A stretch of DNA of 64,000 bases, from assembly GCA_937928795.1 (NCBI GenBank), contig CALFWB010000056.1, forward strand, positions 1,364-65,363, in the 5' to 3' direction. Positions 43,995-53,300 of the stretch are shown one piece after another (the first letter of the stretch is position 1; the number at the start of each line of letters is the position of its first letter). The DNA is from an uncultured Anaerolineales bacterium (lineage in GTDB: Bacteria; Chloroflexota; Anaerolineae; Anaerolineales; UBA4823). Below the pieces are notes generated by a model. The model did not search any database, was not told the DNA's origin, and saw only the letters and a program-made list of their open reading frames with translations. The position numbers and the translations under genes are program-made.

Positions 43995-44765
43995 ATGAAC
44001 GAAACCTTGCTCAACATGGCTCAATTCCAAGCCTTTTTCCTAACTTTCACGCGGATTATGGCAACCCTTATCCATGTCCCGGTGCTGGCAGGGCGTTCCG
44101 TTCCTAACCCGATTAAGCTGGGACTTGGGTTAATTTTGGCAATCTTACTGACGCCGCTGAACTTCATCGAATTTGGTCGGTTGGGCTTGGATTTGCTTTC
44201 CTTCTCTGCTGCGATCGCCAAAGAGATTTTAATCGGCACACTTTGCGGCTATGCTGCAAACCTTGCCTTTGGCGCTCTGAGCATCGCCGGGAATCTGATC
44301 GGATTGGGGAGCGGCTTTGCGGCTGCTCAAATCCTCAATCCTGCGCTCGAGGAGCAGGGTACCCCTCTTGACCAAATTTTGGTGGTTACCTCCATTCTGA
44401 TTTTTCTGGCAATCAACGGACATCATAGTTTTTTGCTTGGATTACAAAAAACCTTTGAGGTATTGCCGATCAATTCCGCTCTACCGCGCGTTGCCCAAGA
44501 GCCCCTTCTGAGGTTGACCGCAAGCTTGATCAAAATTGGCGTGCAGATGTCATTCCCTTTGCTGGCAACGCTTCTATTGACCGATTTAGCTCTCGGACTT
44601 TTAGCCCGGGTTGCCCCGCAAATTCAGGTGTTCTTTTTGGGCATTCCGCTCAAGATTGGTTTAGGCATCTTTGCTCTAGCGATCGCCATCCCCGCCCTTT
44701 CACCACTGATTCGGACGATCTTTGGCAATATCGCCCCGCACATGTTGCTTTTGGTAGGGAAGTAA
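43995..44765 (+). CDS. fliR: flagellar export gate protein FliR
   Basis: 256 aa with 6-7 TM helices. FFLTFTRIMATLIHVPVL at the N-terminus. Lies upstream of flhB. Confidence 0.9.
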   Translation: MNETLLNMAQFQAFFLTFTRIMATLIHVPVLAGRSVPNPIKLGLGLILAILLTPLNFIEFGRLGLDLLSFSAAIAKEILIGTLCGYAANLAFGALSIAGNLIGLGSGFAAAQILNPALEEQGTPLDQILVVTSILIFLAINGHHSFLLGLQKTFEVLPINSALPRVAQEPLLRLTASLIKIGVQMSFPLLATLLLTDLALGLLARVAPQIQVFFLGIPLKIGLGIFALAIAIPALSPLIRTIFGNIAPHMLLLVGK

Positions 44766-44766
44766 A

Positions 44767-45834
44767 ATGCCCGACAAAACTGAACCACCGACCAGTCGGA
44801 AGATCCAAGACGCCCGCAAAGAGGGCATGGTTGCGCTAAGCCAAGAGCTGAACGCTGCAGCAGCGATGTTGATCGGTGTCTGGTTACTCAGTTCTCCCGG
44901 CCGGCGGGTGATTGCCGAGATGCAAGCCATCCTAGTTGACGCCATGACCTCCTTGCCCAGCGGTGAGGTCAGTGCTGTCTGGTTCACTCAACGGATCGTT
45001 AATGATCTTTGGCGGGTTGGCAAAGATTTGCTTCTCATCATTTTGTCGCTGGGTGTGGTTGGCATGTCGATTACATTGGCACAGACCAATTTTCTGTGGT
45101 CGAGCAAGCGCATTGCGATCAACTTCGGTCGCTTGAACCCGCTCAATGGCTTCAAACGGCTTTTTTCTCTGCAAGGGCTGGTTGAGTGGGTTAAAGCGTT
45201 GCTCAAATTGCTGTTGATTGGGTGGGTGGTCTATACCTACTTGCGCGATCAAATTTCCCCCCTCCTTCACCTGACGGAGTTGGACTTCAATAGCGCTGTA
45301 GCAATTTGGGCAGATATCGCCATCAAACTCGCCCTGCGGGTGGGAGCAGCCTTTCTCATCTTGGCTATTGCCGATTATGCTTATCAGCGCTGGACTTATC
45401 GACGCTCCTTGATGATGTCGAAGGAAGAGGTTAGGGAGGAAATGAAGCGCAGTGAGGGCGACCCGATGATCAAAAACCGCATTCGCGGTCAGATGAGACG
45501 GATGTTGCGCTCGATTATGATGGCAAATGTCCCCAAAGCCGATGTGGTCATTACCAATCCCACCCACCTTGCCGTTGCTATCCGTTATGAGCCCGAAACC
45601 ATGAACGCTCCCGTGGTGATTGCCAAAGGCGCTTACTTGATCGCCCAGCGAATTGTCCAAATCGCCGTTGCCAATCGTATTCCTGTCATTCAGAATATTC
45701 CTCTAGCCCGAGCGCTGTATAAAACGGTGGAAATCGACCAGGAAATACCCCCGGAATTGTATGTTGCAATGGCAGAGGTATTAGCCCATGTTTATGCTGT
45801 GCGCCAAAGGGTACCGGTCGCAGTGGCATCGTGA
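44767..45834 (+). CDS. flhB: flagellar export switch protein FlhB
   Basis: N-terminus KTEPPTSRKIQDARKEG, four TM helices, and the autocleavage site VITNPTHLAVAIRY. Confidence 0.95.
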   Translation: MPDKTEPPTSRKIQDARKEGMVALSQELNAAAAMLIGVWLLSSPGRRVIAEMQAILVDAMTSLPSGEVSAVWFTQRIVNDLWRVGKDLLLIILSLGVVGMSITLAQTNFLWSSKRIAINFGRLNPLNGFKRLFSLQGLVEWVKALLKLLLIGWVVYTYLRDQISPLLHLTELDFNSAVAIWADIAIKLALRVGAAFLILAIADYAYQRWTYRRSLMMSKEEVREEMKRSEGDPMIKNRIRGQMRRMLRSIMMANVPKADVVITNPTHLAVAIRYEPETMNAPVVIAKGAYLIAQRIVQIAVANRIPVIQNIPLARALYKTVEIDQEIPPELYVAMAEVLAHVYAVRQRVPVAVAS

Positions 45835-45855
45835 TCGTGAGAGGTAAACAAGGTT

Positions 45856-47928
45856 ATGACCGTTCGTACAAATTCGCTCCCTACCAGTCAATGGATCAAT
45901 CTCCTCCGTTCAAAAGACATTGTTCTGGCGTTGGCGGTTATCTTGATCATCGGCTTGATGTTGGTGCCACTGCCGCCAATGGCGATGGACTTCCTGATCG
46001 TGTTCAATCTGGCGTTGTCAATTGGCGTGATGTTGCTCTCGATGTACATCGCTCGACCGATGGATTTCTCGGTTTTCCCTTCCGTTCTCTTATTGGTGAC
46101 CTTATTCCGATTGGGTTTGAATATTGCAGCCAGTCGCTTGATCTTGATTCAGGGTGATGCCGGTAAAGTCATCAGCACCTTTGGTTCTCTGATCTTAGGT
46201 GGCAATTACGTGGTCGGTGTTGTGGTCTTTCTCATGCTTATGGTGATTCAGTTTGTGGTGATCACCAATGGCGCCGGCCGAGTTGCCGAGGTGGCTGCCC
46301 GCTTCACGTTGGATGCCATGCCCGGCAAACAACTCTCGATCGATGCTGAGCTCAACGCTGGCTTGATCGATGAGAATCAAGCGCGCGCCCGCCGCCGCGA
46401 AATTGAAATCGAAGCTGACTTCTACGGCGCAATGGACGGCGCCAGTAAATTCGTGCGTGGGGATGCCATCGCTGCGGTGATTGTGATGATTGTGAACATC
46501 ATCGGCGGTTTTGTGATCGGCATTGTCCAACGCCAGTTGACCCTCTTAGATGCTTTGCAAACTTACACCCTATTGACCGTGGGCGCCGGTTTGGCAGTGC
46601 AAATTCCAGCCCTAATTGTATCCTCTGCTTCCGGCTTGATCGTCACCCGCACCACCAGCGATCTATCGCTGGGTTCCGACATGATCGGTCAACTCTCCAA
46701 CTTCAGTGCCCTGGGTATCGGCACCCTGATTATCGCGGTGATCGGTTTGATTCCGGGTTTACCCAAGCTGCCCTTTATTCTCGTTGCGACCGCTTTCGGT
46801 GCGGCTGCTTATGCAGTTTGGACCGTACAGCAGAAACAGGTCGAACAACCGCTCGAAGAGGTCATCACCGCCGAGCCCGAGACACCCCAAGATATGATGG
46901 AAATGGTGGTGGCAGACCCGTTAGAGATTGAGATTGGTTATGGTCTCATTCCCCTGATTGACGATAGCCAAGCGGATAATCTGCTGCGGCGAATTACCGG
47001 TATCCGCCGCCAATTGATGAATGAATTAGGTTTTGTGCTGCCCATTGTGCGCGTTCGCGATAACTTGCGTCTCTCTCCTCAAGAGTATCGCATCAAGATC
47101 CGTCGCGAAGAAGTGGTGCGTGGAGAGTTGCTGATCGACCGTTACCTTGCCATTCCGGGCAACGAGACCGAAGAGAAACTGCATGGCATCCCAACCACCG
47201 AACCGGCTTTTGGCTTACCGGCCATCTGGATTGGGGATGCTGAAAAGGGTCGGGCTGAACTGCTCGGCTATACCGTGGTCACACCGCTATCGGTGTTGAG
47301 CACTCACCTGACCGAGGTTGTCCGCAATCATGCTGCCGATCTGCTTAATCGTCAGATGGTGCAGGAGATGATCGATCAATTGAGAGCCCGCACCCCAGCC
47401 ATGGTGGAAGGTGTTCTCCCCGAACAAATTACTCTTGGAGAACTGCAAGCTATCTTGCGCAACTTGCTCAAGGAGCGCATTCCGATTCGCGATCTGGGCG
47501 GCATCCTCGAGGTCATTGCCGATAACGCCTCGGTAACCCGCAATCCCTTTATCCTTGCCGAGGCTGTGCGCCAGTCTATGTCGCGCACGATTACGAATCT
47601 TTACCGAGAGGAGGATGGTTATTTGCATGTCTTTACCCTGTCGCCCCAGTTAGAAAGTTCCTTGCGAGAGAGTCTAACCTCCACCGAAGGCGGGATCGGT
47701 TTCAATATCGATGCTCAAACTGCGCAGCAAATTCTGATTCGCACCGGCGAACAGATGGAAAAGTTAGCCCAAAGCGGGCACTACCCAATTTTGCTGTGTC
47801 CCCGCGAAATTCGCCTTGCCTTTCGCAAGCTGATCGAGCAATCCTTGCCCAATTTGGTAGTGCTGGCATTTTCTGAGGTCAGCCCCGGCACGAAAGTCAA
47901 ATCTCATGGCATGGTGATGGAAGGGTAG
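45856..47928 (+). CDS. flhA: flagellar export protein FlhA
   Basis: 690 aa. FHIPEP region (VITNGAGRVAEVAARFTLDAMPGKQLSIDAEL) and a cytoplasmic C-terminal domain. Confidence 0.95.
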   Translation: MTVRTNSLPTSQWINLLRSKDIVLALAVILIIGLMLVPLPPMAMDFLIVFNLALSIGVMLLSMYIARPMDFSVFPSVLLLVTLFRLGLNIAASRLILIQGDAGKVISTFGSLILGGNYVVGVVVFLMLMVIQFVVITNGAGRVAEVAARFTLDAMPGKQLSIDAELNAGLIDENQARARRREIEIEADFYGAMDGASKFVRGDAIAAVIVMIVNIIGGFVIGIVQRQLTLLDALQTYTLLTVGAGLAVQIPALIVSSASGLIVTRTTSDLSLGSDMIGQLSNFSALGIGTLIIAVIGLIPGLPKLPFILVATAFGAAAYAVWTVQQKQVEQPLEEVITAEPETPQDMMEMVVADPLEIEIGYGLIPLIDDSQADNLLRRITGIRRQLMNELGFVLPIVRVRDNLRLSPQEYRIKIRREEVVRGELLIDRYLAIPGNETEEKLHGIPTTEPAFGLPAIWIGDAEKGRAELLGYTVVTPLSVLSTHLTEVVRNHAADLLNRQMVQEMIDQLRARTPAMVEGVLPEQITLGELQAILRNLLKERIPIRDLGGILEVIADNASVTRNPFILAEAVRQSMSRTITNLYREEDGYLHVFTLSPQLESSLRESLTSTEGGIGFNIDAQTAQQILIRTGEQMEKLAQSGHYPILLCPREIRLAFRKLIEQSLPNLVVLAFSEVSPGTKVKSHGMVMEG

Positions 47929-47932
47929 GAAT

Positions 47933-49135
47933 ATGGAACCCAAAGCCTTCACAGCTCCTACAACTCAGGAAGCCTTAGAACTTGTCCAAAACGAGTTGGG
48001 ACCTGAAGCGGTGATCCTTTCTGTGCGTCAGGTGCCCGGTGGACCGGCTTGGGAGGTCTGGAAACAACCGCAAGTCGAGGTGTTAGCAATCCCGGCTGCC
48101 CCAAAACCTTCAGCTTCGGCTTCAACCCAGCGAGCCGATCCAGTGCAGAAGAGCGCCGTCAACCTAGCAATCGAAAGCTTGTTAGGGAAAAAACAAACAG
48201 AGCTTGTCTCTGCTGAGGTTGACCCCCGCGCCTATCTTGCCCAACTGGCAGAAAAATTAGCTCGGCAACAGGTTGAACCGCCTTCTTCCCCGCTCGGAGC
48301 GCAACTTCCACCCAAAGAGAAATCCGCTGCCGTATCCATCCCCCCCGCATTGGTGCGTGTCCGTCAAGAACTGACTGAACAGGGCCTTGACCCCGAAATT
48401 ATCAAGGATCTCTTGCGCCGTGCCGCCGAAACCGTCAACCCCAAGGTGTTCAATGACGAAGAACGACTGCGGCAAGTTCTGCGCAAGCAATTAGAGACGT
48501 ATTTGCGCATTTTGCGCATTGAACGTTGGCAGGCTGGCAAAACCCAAACGGCGCATGTCCTATATGTCATCGGGCCAAGCGGGTCAGGGAAAACCAGCTT
48601 TTGTGCCCGCTTGACTGCTCACCTCCAGCAAACCGATCGGCGGCCGATCGCCTGGGTGTGCGCCGATACGATCCGCAGCGGTGCCATCGCCCAAACGCGC
48701 GCTTTCGCAGAAGCGCTAGGGATCGAACCTCACTTTGCTTACACACCCACCGATTTACATTCGATCATCAGTGAGCTTGAAGACCGCAATCTGATCCTCG
48801 TCGATACCCCTGCCCGAAACCCCTATCACTCTCAGGAAATCATTGAGTTGAGCGAAATCCTAACGGTAGCTCCGCAGAAGATTACTTTTTTGGTTCTCTC
48901 CGCTGTTTCAAAAGAAGCCGACCTCCAACAAGCTGTTGCGGCGTTTAGCCCATTGGGAGTGAACGCCTTTGTATTCAGCAAACTAGATGAAACGCGTCAG
49001 TATGGCAATCTCTTTAACATCGCATGGAAAAGCAAAATACCCATTGCCTACCTCTGTGACGGCAACCCAATCTTGGATCACCTTCAGTCGGCTCGAGCGA
49101 GCGACTTAGCCGAATTAGTTCTCAGGAAGGGTTAA
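47933..49135 (+). CDS. flhF: flagellar biosynthesis SRP-type GTPase FlhF
   Basis: NG domain with GPSGSGKTS, DTPARN and SKLDET motifs. Lies after flhA. Confidence 0.85.
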   Translation: MEPKAFTAPTTQEALELVQNELGPEAVILSVRQVPGGPAWEVWKQPQVEVLAIPAAPKPSASASTQRADPVQKSAVNLAIESLLGKKQTELVSAEVDPRAYLAQLAEKLARQQVEPPSSPLGAQLPPKEKSAAVSIPPALVRVRQELTEQGLDPEIIKDLLRRAAETVNPKVFNDEERLRQVLRKQLETYLRILRIERWQAGKTQTAHVLYVIGPSGSGKTSFCARLTAHLQQTDRRPIAWVCADTIRSGAIAQTRAFAEALGIEPHFAYTPTDLHSIISELEDRNLILVDTPARNPYHSQEIIELSEILTVAPQKITFLVLSAVSKEADLQQAVAAFSPLGVNAFVFSKLDETRQYGNLFNIAWKSKIPIAYLCDGNPILDHLQSARASDLAELVLRKG

Positions 49136-49139
49136 GCAG

Positions 49140-49496
49140 ATGGCAAAAGAAGAAGCGAAATCGAGAAATCCGAAGACAGAAAGGCCGCAGACCCATTCCA
49201 CCGCAGCGGCTAAACATCGCCCGCCTTTGCCTTCCCTTTTGGACTTTTCGTTTTCGATCGCCAGCTTGGTTACCCTTTTAGCTGGGGTGGTCACCGTGGT
49301 CTTGTCTTTGCTTCACGGCGTATCTGTGGTTGTGGCTGCAATCCGTGGCTGTGTGGCTGTTTTTTGCTTAGGGGCAGTCCTTTGGTTGCTCAATTACTTC
49401 CTCGCCAATCAAGTCATCCAAACCGCAGTGGCGGATTTGAAAGCTGCGCAAGCGGACTTGGATAAAGGAGAGAGCACGCGTGAATTTCAAGCCTAA
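49140..49496 (+). CDS. hypothetical small membrane protein (two predicted TM helices) in the position usually held by flhG
   Basis: Basic N-terminus. TM helices SIASLVTLLAGVVTVVLSLL and VAVFCLGAVLWLLNYFL. No P-loop. Tightly packed between flhF (+4 bp) and fliA (+12 bp). Confidence 0.5.
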   Translation: MAKEEAKSRNPKTERPQTHSTAAAKHRPPLPSLLDFSFSIASLVTLLAGVVTVVLSLLHGVSVVVAAIRGCVAVFCLGAVLWLLNYFLANQVIQTAVADLKAAQADLDKGESTREFQA

Positions 49497-49508
49497 GTGA
49501 GCTAGCCG

Positions 49509-50363
49509 ATGGACGCACGCAAAGACGATGCCGAATTGATCCAACGTTATTTGCAAACCCGTGATCCCCAGGCTCGGGAGGAGATCATTTTGCGCTATGT
49601 TCCGTTGGTGCATTTCGTCTTGGGGAGATTGGGCATCTCGCAAGCGATCGGCGCCGACTATGAGGACGCCGCCAGCCAAGGCATTCTTGGCTTGATTGAG
49701 GCTGTTGACCGCTATGACGCCTCCCACGGCACTCAATTCAGTACGTATGCCATTTTGCGTATCCGCGGCAAAGTGATCGATCAACTTCGTTCTCACGATT
49801 GGCTCTCGCGCGGCGCCCGACAGCGGGCGCGCCAAGTACAGGGGGCAATCGATAGCTTTTGGGAGAAACATCACCGCCCGCCCAGCGATGAGGAGCTGGC
49901 GGCAGTTTTGCAGTGGGATGAAGAGGAACTGCGGCGGGCATTGATGGATAGCAGCCATATCTTACTTTCTTTGGATACCATCGTCACCTCGGATGGAGAT
50001 GAAGTCACCTCCTTACACGAAATTCTCGCCGATGAAGAGCAAGAGAAGCCGGATGAGCTGATCGAAAACGAAGAACTAAAAGAAACGCTGACCCAGATCA
50101 TTCAATCCCTCCCGCAACGGGAACAGTTTGTCCTTTCGCTGTATTATTACGAACATTTGACCTTTAAAGAGATCGGAATGGTGCTCGATATATCGGAATC
50201 ACGTGTTTGTCAATTGCACACCAAAGCCATCCTTCTTTTACGTTCCAAACTCAAGAGAGCGATGATGCAGGCGGAAAATCTGACTCAACCAGAAAGTTCA
50301 CTGCGCCAAGCTGCTCTCCACCGCTCAGGAAGCGTTGCTGAACAAGGAGGCAAGACGCTATGA
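49509..50363 (+). CDS. fliA: RNA polymerase sigma factor FliA (sigma-28/WhiG family)
   Basis: Region 2 (YVPLVHFVLGRL...GILGLIEAVDRYD...FSTYAILRIRGKVID) and region 4 (LYYYEHLTFKEIGMVLDISESRVCQLHTKA). Confidence 0.9.
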   Translation: MDARKDDAELIQRYLQTRDPQAREEIILRYVPLVHFVLGRLGISQAIGADYEDAASQGILGLIEAVDRYDASHGTQFSTYAILRIRGKVIDQLRSHDWLSRGARQRARQVQGAIDSFWEKHHRPPSDEELAAVLQWDEEELRRALMDSSHILLSLDTIVTSDGDEVTSLHEILADEEQEKPDELIENEELKETLTQIIQSLPQREQFVLSLYYYEHLTFKEIGMVLDISESRVCQLHTKAILLLRSKLKRAMMQAENLTQPESSLRQAALHRSGSVAEQGGKTL

Positions 50364-50827
50364 ATGGTGTTTCCTCTGTTTTGCTAAGCGATACCCTAAA
50401 GCTCATTCAACTCGCCCGAGAAACGGCACGTGTTCAAGGACAGCCCGAACATGCCGAAAAGCTCAAACCAGTGGTTGATCAATTGAAGAGTTTGGCAGAA
50501 GGAACCAGCCAAGCCAAATCGGTCGCCGCTCCTCAACCATCATCTTCTCCAACGGTTGCGCCCGGCGGCGGAGTTCTAGCCCAGGACGACTTCAGGACCC
50601 TCTTAGCGGCGGTGCAGAAGAGCCAAGCTCAATCCTCGCAAAATTTGCCGCTCGGATTACGCCCTAGTGGCAGTTTAGAGCGCAATCAAATTGTCATCTC
50701 AATGGCAAGCGGAGGGATGAACGCTCTGGACATTGCCCGTCAAATGGGGATGACCCTCGATGAAGTCAACATGGTGATTCGAATCCATCAGAAAGCTACC
50801 GAAAGCCGAAAGGAGGTCTCAGGATGA
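50360..50827 (+). CDS. hypothetical protein translationally coupled to fliA, with a C-terminal HTH-like segment
   Basis: ATGA overlaps at both ends. Helical N-terminus, low-complexity middle, and C-terminus NQIVISMASGGMNALDIARQMGMTLDEVNMVIRI. Confidence 0.45.
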   Translation: MNGVSSVLLSDTLKLIQLARETARVQGQPEHAEKLKPVVDQLKSLAEGTSQAKSVAAPQPSSSPTVAPGGGVLAQDDFRTLLAAVQKSQAQSSQNLPLGLRPSGSLERNQIVISMASGGMNALDIARQMGMTLDEVNMVIRIHQKATESRKEVSG

Positions 50828-51582
50828 TCAAAGGATTATACGCAGCCGCTTCGGCAATGCTGGCTAACCTTTATCGTCAGGGTTTGTTAGCCCATAACAT
50901 TGCCAACGTGGATACGCCGGGGTTCAAGCAGGTTTTAACCAGTTTAGATGATTTCAGAGAGACGGCAATGATTTATCCCCCTGGCCCTACTGCCGGTTCA
51001 GCGAACCTGCACTGGATCGGTAATTTTGGCTTAGGGGTTCAAACCTCATCGGACGTCACAGATTTTTTGCAAGGCGGTCTGCGTCATAGCGGGCATCCCT
51101 TTGACTTGGCTATTCAAGGCGCCGGCTTCTTTCGCGTTCAAACACCTGAGGGCGAACGGTACACGCGTGACGGGCGTTTCTACCGAGATATCGATGGGAA
51201 TCTGGTTACAGTTGACGGTTATCAAGTGTTGGACGAGGGTGGGCAACCGATCAATTTGCCCGAAGGGGAGCTCTCGGTGTCGCCCGAAGGGGTTATTGCG
51301 GTCAATGGGGAAAGGGTGGCTACCCTCGGCTTAGCAGCTTTTGAAAACCCTGCGGCTGAACTCACTCGAGATGGCTCAAATTATTTTGCAGCCGAAGGCG
51401 GTCCGACCAGTGATGCCGTCGGAACTGTGGTGCAAGGGTACCTCGAGATGTCCAATGCCAATCCCGCCCAACTGATGACCCAGATGATCGCGGTTGCGCG
51501 AGCCTATGAAGCAGCCCAGAAGATGGTGCAGACCCAAGATGAATTGCTTGGTAAAGCGATCAATTCGCTAGGATCGTTCTGA
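50824..51582 (+). CDS. flgF: flagellar basal-body rod protein (FlgF/FlhO-like)
   Basis: MIKGLYAAASAMLANLYRQGLLAHNIANVDTPGFK and the C-terminal GYLEMSNANPAQLMTQMIAVARAYEA. Confidence 0.85.
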   Translation: MIKGLYAAASAMLANLYRQGLLAHNIANVDTPGFKQVLTSLDDFRETAMIYPPGPTAGSANLHWIGNFGLGVQTSSDVTDFLQGGLRHSGHPFDLAIQGAGFFRVQTPEGERYTRDGRFYRDIDGNLVTVDGYQVLDEGGQPINLPEGELSVSPEGVIAVNGERVATLGLAAFENPAAELTRDGSNYFAAEGGPTSDAVGTVVQGYLEMSNANPAQLMTQMIAVARAYEAAQKMVQTQDELLGKAINSLGSF

Positions 51583-51612
51583 AGCCTTTAGGTTGGAAAG
51601 GAAAAGAGCCTG

Positions 51613-52353
51613 ATGACCCTCTCAATCCACCAAATTCTCCATATCAGCCGCAGCGGTATGATGACCCGCTTGTTGGATTTAGATGTAGTTAGCCATAATT
51701 TGTCCAATATCAATACCACGGGCTTTAAGGCTAGCCGCTCTAATTTCCAAGAGATGTTTCACCAACGCCTGTACAGTGGTGTGCAACTGCGCACAACGCA
51801 GCGCTTTATGACTCAAGGAGCTTTTAAAATTACATCGCGGGAACTCGATCTGGCAGTCAATGGTGAAGGCTTCTTCAGTGTGACGCTTCCCGATGGACGT
51901 ACGGCTTACACGCGGGATGGTGAGTTCACCCTAGATGCCGAACGCCGCATTGTCAACAGCAATGGCTTCCCTTTGGTCTGGGATGGCAGCCTTCCCGAAG
52001 AGTTTGAGGAGATCAACGTTGAAACAGATGGCTCTGTGATGGTTTTGCAAAACGGTGTCTGGAATCAAGTTGGCGCAATTCCCCTAGCTCGTTTTCCCAA
52101 TGCCAACGGATTGGAAAGTTATGGAAACAACCTTTGGCTTGAAAGCGAGGTTTCTGGCCCGGTAACAGTCGGTACAGCAACCAACGAGGGATTCGGCGAG
52201 ATCCGCAATCATGTCTTGGAGATGTCCAATGTGAACATTGCTAATGAATTGACCCAGATGATCCTGTTGCAGCGCTCTTTTAGCCTTTCCCAACGCACCT
52301 TTCAACAGACAGACACCATGTTGGAACAAGCCATCCAAATGCGTAGGATTTAA
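51613..52353 (+). CDS. flgG: flagellar basal-body distal rod protein (FlgG/FlhP-like)
   Basis: VVSHNLSNINTTGFKASRSNFQ and the C-terminal VLEMSNVNIANELTQMILLQRSFS. Confidence 0.85.
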   Translation: MTLSIHQILHISRSGMMTRLLDLDVVSHNLSNINTTGFKASRSNFQEMFHQRLYSGVQLRTTQRFMTQGAFKITSRELDLAVNGEGFFSVTLPDGRTAYTRDGEFTLDAERRIVNSNGFPLVWDGSLPEEFEEINVETDGSVMVLQNGVWNQVGAIPLARFPNANGLESYGNNLWLESEVSGPVTVGTATNEGFGEIRNHVLEMSNVNIANELTQMILLQRSFSLSQRTFQQTDTMLEQAIQMRRI

Positions 52354-52376
52354 GTTTTGGGAAAATTTGCCGATAA
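52350..52376 (+). promoter_or_regulatory. sigma-28 (FliA) promoter upstream of flgM
   Basis: TTAAG-N14-GCCGATAA, a near-consensus match to TAAA-N15-GCCGATAA. Lies 67 nt before the flgM ATG. Confidence 0.7.
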
Positions 52377-52442
52377 TAGGTTAGGGTCAGAGTCGCCCGA
52401 TGTCGTCAGCCTAACTTGTTCTATCGGTAAAGGAGAACAACC

Positions 52443-52742
52443 ATGAAAGTTGAACATTCTCAGAACAATCGCATCGTTCAAAAACAAGCTGAAAACACAG
52501 CCGCCGTTGAACGCCAGCAACGAGCACAGGAGAATGAGCGCGCGGAGCGAGCCACCCATAAAGACCAAGCCTCCCTATCCGAGCGCGCTCGCTTGCTTTC
52601 CAAGGCGCGCCTCAGCTTGCAGGAAACGCCTGACGTGCGCACGGAACGCGTTTTCGCCCTAAGAGAGCAAATTCAAGCCGGAACGTATCAAGTCCCGGTG
52701 GAACAATTAGCTTCGCTATTTCTAAAGGGTTTGCGTCCTTAA
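52443..52742 (+). CDS. flgM: anti-sigma-28 factor FlgM
   Basis: 99 aa with a disordered N-terminus. C-terminus RTERVFALREQIQAGTYQVPVEQLASLF is the FlgM signature. Confidence 0.85.
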   Translation: MKVEHSQNNRIVQKQAENTAAVERQQRAQENERAERATHKDQASLSERARLLSKARLSLQETPDVRTERVFALREQIQAGTYQVPVEQLASLFLKGLRP

Positions 52743-52778
52743 CCCATCCTTGCTTAGACAGGAAAGGCTTGACGACCA

Positions 52779-53291
52779 ATGGATGACATCCTCACCCTTG
52801 CAACTACGCTTGAAGATTTACTCGTTCAGGAGTTCCGCACCTGCCAATCCTTACATCAATTGACAAGAGAGGAGCGAGAGGCGCTCTCAAAGAACGATCT
52901 TGCCGCTTTGGAAATTATCCTCGAACAAAAAGAAGTGGTGCTGGACGAACTAGGTCAGATTGAAGACCGACGCCGCATGGTAACCCAAAATCTCGGCGAT
53001 CAAGTCGGTTTACGACATACGAGCCCAAACCTAACCGCCATTTGCCAAGCCCTGAGCAATGAATTAAGCCAGCGAATTAGCCGCCTTAAGGAGGGAATTT
53101 CTGCCCTTGCTGAGGAAATCAAAGTGATGACCAGCGGCAATCACGCCTTGGCAATGATCGCCTTAGAGCGAGTCGATGCTTTACAGACCATCTTGATCGA
53201 CTCTTTGCGCCCAGCCCTCACGTATGACCGACCCGGCTCAAAAGCTTCCGATCACTTCGATATAGTTTGGGATGTCGATCAGAGAGCTTAG
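52779..53291 (+). CDS. flgN: FlgN-family flagellar export chaperone
   Basis: Helical 170-aa protein (LEDLLVQEFRTCQSLHQLTREEREAL...) between flgM and flgK. Confidence 0.65.
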   Translation: MDDILTLATTLEDLLVQEFRTCQSLHQLTREEREALSKNDLAALEIILEQKEVVLDELGQIEDRRRMVTQNLGDQVGLRHTSPNLTAICQALSNELSQRISRLKEGISALAEEIKVMTSGNHALAMIALERVDALQTILIDSLRPALTYDRPGSKASDHFDIVWDVDQRA

Positions 53292-53300
53292 GAGGGAGGA

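Noticed and set aside
44932-45660. 242-aa minus-strand ORF
   Set aside because: It is antisense to flhB, whose identity is unambiguous (NPTH site, TM helices). It has no motifs.
49368-49958. 196-aa minus-strand ORF, and similar long antisense ORFs at 21365-21937, 57357-58001, 40117-40602 and 33815-34282
   Set aside because: Each is fully embedded antisense in a confidently assigned gene (fliA, fliG, tupA, fliM, hybrid kinase). None has a recognisable domain.
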